Shown here: in pieces, positions 60,455-64,000 of the stretch
Numbering within the stretch: the first letter of the stretch is position 1
Layout: every line of letters starts with the position of its first letter
The notes under the pieces: model-generated
Told to the model about the DNA's origin: nothing
Databases searched by the model: none
The model's input: only the letters and a program-made list of their open reading frames with translations
Translations under genes and position numbers: made by a program
From: a virus
Direction: 5' to 3' (one strand)
Virus record (IMG/VR): IMGVR_UViG_3300017729_000001
Span: 26,430 to 90,429 of that record
Length of the DNA stretch: 64,000 nucleotides

Positions 60455-61951
60455 TTAATTTAGACCTAGTTGAGTCAACGCTTTTTGAAGGTCATTACCT
60501 TTCTCTTCAGAAAGTGTGATACCTTTTTTCAAGAATCTGCCAACTTCCTCTTTCCAGTCTTGTTCTTCACCGAATATTAAGGAAGCAGTTGTTGGGTCAG
60601 ACTCAATCATTGCATTTGAGTTGTCCACTGCTCTTTTCTTAACTAATGCTTCCATGAAAGTTCTTGAACTAAACTTATCTGGGTCCATCGCATCAATATT
60701 GTCTTTAATCATGTCAAACACTTCCTCACGTTCTTGAATATCATCGGCTTTATTTTCTAGCCTTTCAACACCTGTGAAATTCGTTTTGTGTTTTAGAATT
60801 TCCATCATCTCCAACTTTTCTCTTTTCGTGAAATTCAAGTCCTTTTTAATTGCTCTCGTGTAGATAGCATTCAAGTGCTCATTTTTCGTTAAGTCATGTT
60901 GTCCCATATTCGTCAGAAATAATATTTTTCCTGTGAACTCAAATGGGTCAACATTAGTTGATTTGTTTGAAGATTTTTTACCCAAAATTCTTTTACCTGA
61001 TGACGCAGTAGCTTTTTTCATAATACCCATAGTATCTGATTGCTTCAGTACATTATCAGAATCGTCAAACACGATTGTTTTTCCATTATGCTCTTTAAGT
61101 AAGGAAACAAGTTGAGTGTCTGATTTTACTTCTGGTGCTTCTACATAATCGTAATCATCATCTCCAGGCTCATCAGTTTCTCCGTTGAAAGCCTTATTGC
61201 CCATATGCTCAGCTACCAAGTGCATATTATAAGACTTACCTACACCTGCTCCACCTGACGCTATCATTAATGGAGAGTCAGTTGCGAAGAACTGCGCATA
61301 AGTCCTATTCAAACTATGAATTTCTTTTTGTGGCTCAATGTATCCATCTTCCGCAGTTTTCTGAGAATGTATAAACGCATCTGCTTCAATACGCTGTCTT
61401 TTAGTTTTTAGACCTCCAAATTGCTTTTTGATGAAGTCTGGGTTTCGCCAGTCCTCTTCCATGCCTGGTTCATCATCACCTCCTACTATATCATCAACGC
61501 TATCTCCATCAGTAGCAGTAGCAGTTTTCTTTGAGCTGTTCTTTTTAGAACTTCCGTCACCTCCAAATGCCTCTTTCATTGCTTTGAACTTTCCTGTGTT
61601 CAAATTAATTTTAGATACATCTTCACCTCTCGCTACAAGTTCATTGTATGACTCTTGTCTTAAAGTTGGATCATTATTATGTCCTCTGGCATATTTCTCT
61701 AGGTCAGCAACATCTTTTTTCTTCAGCGTTGCTCTTAGCTTTTGAACTTTATTTTGAGTTTGTTGAGCACCCCCTTGTCCAGAACTGCCTTTTGGTGGAT
61801 TTTTTCTCCAATCGTATTTTCCTGATGATAGCCTTGTCCAATATCTGGTCACTCCATCTTTTCCGATTTTAGTATCACCCTCTTGACGTGCTGCTGCTTT
61901 GGTCAAGTTTTGGTTGACTAATTCTCCAATGATATCTGATGTTTTTTTCAT
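60455..61951 (-). CDS. AAA-type P-loop ATPase with long low-complexity N-terminal extension
   Basis: GGAGVGKS Walker A, IVFDDSD Walker B, FEFTGKILFLTN sensor-1, AIYTR. Confidence 0.8.
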   Translation of the reverse strand: MKKTSDIIGELVNQNLTKAAARQEGDTKIGKDGVTRYWTRLSSGKYDWRKNPPKGSSGQGGAQQTQNKVQKLRATLKKKDVADLEKYARGHNNDPTLRQESYNELVARGEDVSKINLNTGKFKAMKEAFGGDGSSKKNSSKKTATATDGDSVDDIVGGDDEPGMEEDWRNPDFIKKQFGGLKTKRQRIEADAFIHSQKTAEDGYIEPQKEIHSLNRTYAQFFATDSPLMIASGGAGVGKSYNMHLVAEHMGNKAFNGETDEPGDDDYDYVEAPEVKSDTQLVSLLKEHNGKTIVFDDSDNVLKQSDTMGIMKKATASSGKRILGKKSSNKSTNVDPFEFTGKILFLTNMGQHDLTKNEHLNAIYTRAIKKDLNFTKREKLEMMEILKHKTNFTGVERLENKADDIQEREEVFDMIKDNIDAMDPDKFSSRTFMEALVKKRAVDNSNAMIESDPTTASLIFGEEQDWKEEVGRFLKKGITLSEEKGNDLQKALTQLGLN

Positions 61952-61980
61952 AAGTGAAATAATGTTTTTCTTTACCTCAC

Positions 61981-61991
61981 TTAATACCTGT
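61981..61991 (-). promoter_or_regulatory. putative late promoter box ACAGGTATTAA
   Basis: Intergenic, about 30 nt upstream of ATPase ATG; identical to box before capsid gene. Confidence 0.55.
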
Positions 61992-62007
61992 CTATGCCAT
62001 CATTTCA

Positions 62008-63432
62008 TTATGACCAATCAATAGGAACATCACATCCAAAGAATTCAGTCATGATTTTTTCACTTTGCTTAATAACTACTTCTGAATTTTCACCGCAAGA
62101 TAACCTCTTTAACTTTTTGGTACTCATAGAATTATCAATGACTCTTTTCATATTTATCACTGGGTCAAATAATATCTGAGCCAACTTAAAGTTATGCTGA
62201 ATGTCCTCTAAGTATTTTTCACTTTTCATTTTTAAGGCTTCATTTAAGTAACCAGCAAACTGCTTTGGAGTAACATCCCATGGTACATATATTGCTCGCA
62301 GTTCTTCATGAATGATATCTTCAATTTCGCATTTTGGTTCCACCAATCCTCTAGTATCTCTCAACACAGGATATGAACCATTAATGATAGCTTCAATAGT
62401 GAAACCATTTAAGTGCGTATTTGAATATTGAGCATAGTGCTTACTGAATGAAGGGTCAACGCTGAACTTAGCATTTTTCTGAACCATATACACATCTTCA
62501 TTAGACATGAAACCCATATGCTCCATTCCGTGTTTTTTAGCACGTTCCCATAAACTCATTCCTATTTCATCAGGGTCACAATCTGGGTCAGTTTTTAATG
62601 ACGCTGTGTATTTAGGCTTGAACTTGCTTTCATCAGTAGTGGTCATATAATATAGCTCTATTCCACTACCACCTATCCACATGCTAGAGCCTTTATTCAG
62701 ATGTGGCGTCAATGATAATAAATCTTCCATCTTTTTCATAGACTTAAACACATGAGCCGCAAAAAAGTCAACTGGTCGTTCAGACATTGTAGTCAAGTGT
62801 AGATTGTCTGGAATGTACCTAGATGCGAAATTTAATTGTCTTGGTATATCGAAATTATCACAACAGTTGTACGCTGATAAATGTACGCAATCTAGTAAAG
62901 TAATTTTTTCACTTAGGTATCTTATCCAACTATTTCTGATATCAAAATAGCCATCGTGAACTGCCATTACTTGCTTAGTTCTTTCTGGTAAGTCAAAAAA
63001 CTTCGGCCAAAAGTTTAACCCCTTTGCTTCTTTAGTCTTGGTTGGCGTAAAACTCCAGAACACTAAATCTACATCTTCCAAAGCCTTATGCCATAACTCT
63101 AATGCGTTGTCAGCAAATATTGGTATTCTATTAGTATATGGAGGCAGTAACCAACCATAGTAGGAATTTCTCCAATAACCAGTTATTTCAGATTTTGTAT
63201 AACCCCCAGCCTGTGACCTATAATCTTGCTTGTCTTGCCAAACACCATCTTCAAGGTCTTTAATCTTTTTGTTGTAAGAATTAATTGGAATGGTTTTGTT
63301 ATAAGTAAGGAATATGATATCAACATCGTGACCCATTTCCTTAAACGCTTGAACTCTGCTTTCTACGTTCTTAACAATACCGCCATACTTAGCAATGTCA
63401 AACGTACAAATTCTAATCTTTAATTTTTTCAT
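62008..63432 (-). CDS. GT-B fold glycosyltransferase
   Basis: KIRIC......GGI...........MGHDVDII N-terminus; VHD; K....L; C-terminal VDPS......NGFTIEAI..G..PV. Confidence 0.75.
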   Translation of the reverse strand: MKKLKIRICTFDIAKYGGIVKNVESRVQAFKEMGHDVDIIFLTYNKTIPINSYNKKIKDLEDGVWQDKQDYRSQAGGYTKSEITGYWRNSYYGWLLPPYTNRIPIFADNALELWHKALEDVDLVFWSFTPTKTKEAKGLNFWPKFFDLPERTKQVMAVHDGYFDIRNSWIRYLSEKITLLDCVHLSAYNCCDNFDIPRQLNFASRYIPDNLHLTTMSERPVDFFAAHVFKSMKKMEDLLSLTPHLNKGSSMWIGGSGIELYYMTTTDESKFKPKYTASLKTDPDCDPDEIGMSLWERAKKHGMEHMGFMSNEDVYMVQKNAKFSVDPSFSKHYAQYSNTHLNGFTIEAIINGSYPVLRDTRGLVEPKCEIEDIIHEELRAIYVPWDVTPKQFAGYLNEALKMKSEKYLEDIQHNFKLAQILFDPVINMKRVIDNSMSTKKLKRLSCGENSEVVIKQSEKIMTEFFGCDVPIDWS

Positions 63433-64000
63433 AATACTCTTCTGGTAATGCTTTATCTATATAACGCTGTTCAAAGAACAAAAATGAGCTTTGAGTTTTG
63501 TAGTATTTCTTAAACAACTCTATTTTCCCCTCATGATTTTCATCACTGAGTTCTTTTAACTGAAATAAAGTGTCAACAACACCTACTAAATACGCTTGGT
63601 TTCTCCTTTTATAACTATGAGGAAAATCACGATAAAAAACATCTGCCAAATTATGAGTAATTACTCTGACCAACCAGTGAAACGGATGTCCAACACCCAT
63701 ACACGTTACAATCTCATATCCAATCTTTTTGTAGTTAGTCACAACTGTTTCTAATTCCTGAGACACCATCGCAAGATTGTCAGCACCCATTTTATTCTCG
63801 CAAAATTTCATAGCAGACATATCGTCCATTACTTTATTATCAGCATAATACTCCTTATGGAATCCTGTCGAATCGGATGGAGTTTGAAGTCTGACTAATT
63901 GCGCACCGAAATGGTTACATATTTCTTGGTCTTCAAGTAATCTCTTTGGATTATTTTCTACAGTTAGAATAACCTTTTTTTCATACTCTGAGTCATACAA
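63413..64000 (-). CDS. PIG-L/LmbE-like deacetylase family protein (5' end probably outside window)
   Basis: VILTV...R..ED......GA...L; CMGVGHPFHWLVR (cf. P.G.GHPDH..VR); FYRDFPH; K.....YY.TQ; PEE. Confidence 0.65.
   Translation of the reverse strand: MYDSEYEKKVILTVENNPKRLLEDQEICNHFGAQLVRLQTPSDSTGFHKEYYADNKVMDDMSAMKFCENKMGADNLAMVSQELETVVTNYKKIGYEIVTCMGVGHPFHWLVRVITHNLADVFYRDFPHSYKRRNQAYLVGVVDTLFQLKELSDENHEGKIELFKKYYKTQSSFLFFEQRYIDKALPEEYYEKIKD

Noticed and set aside
323-63423. Plus-strand ORFs in the track (e.g. 57585..58280, 9136..9603, 16115..16549)
   Set aside because: All lie antisense to well-supported minus-strand genes and have Ser/Phe/Leu-rich shadow composition
1-64000. Stop-codon reassignment
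   Set aside because: Core genes are full length under code 11 and TAA, TAG and TGA all end genes at coupled junctions

Overview
This 64-kb window is part of a large, AT-rich, lytic-type myovirus genome with essentially every real gene on the minus strand; the plus-strand ORFs look like antisense shadows. In transcription order (right to left) it holds: (i) a partial PIG-L-like deacetylase and a GT-B glycosyltransferase; (ii) probable head-packaged cargo proteins (an AAA-type ATPase and a Zn-ribbon/kinase-like/ART-like polyprotein) upstream of a protease-scaffold fusion; (iii) a morphogenesis module organised like Herelleviridae (major capsid, neck, sheath, tube, chaperones, tape measure, hub with M15 peptidase and OmpA-like domain, spike, baseplate J, tail fibre); (iv) a replication/recombination module (SF2 helicase, DnaB, primase, two sigma-like factors, an atypical thymidylate synthase-family enzyme resembling dUMP hydroxymethylases, DnaE, HD nucleotidase, DUF3310-like, UvsY-like, SSB, RecA-like, SbcD/SbcC, RuvC-like, UvrD-like, RNase HI, DenV-like); (v) small accessory genes. 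TTTG-N19-TAnnTTTG promoters and mostly SD-less AT-rich leaders suggest a Bacteroidota host. Top leads: a possible sugar/amino-sugar hypermodification pathway for hydroxymethyluracil DNA, and a set of protease-processed (hydrophobic-x-K|A/G/S) cargo proteins sharing an N-terminal motif and a late promoter box. All calls are from motif recognition by eye; no searches were run. No portal, large terminase, tRNA or CRISPR array was seen.
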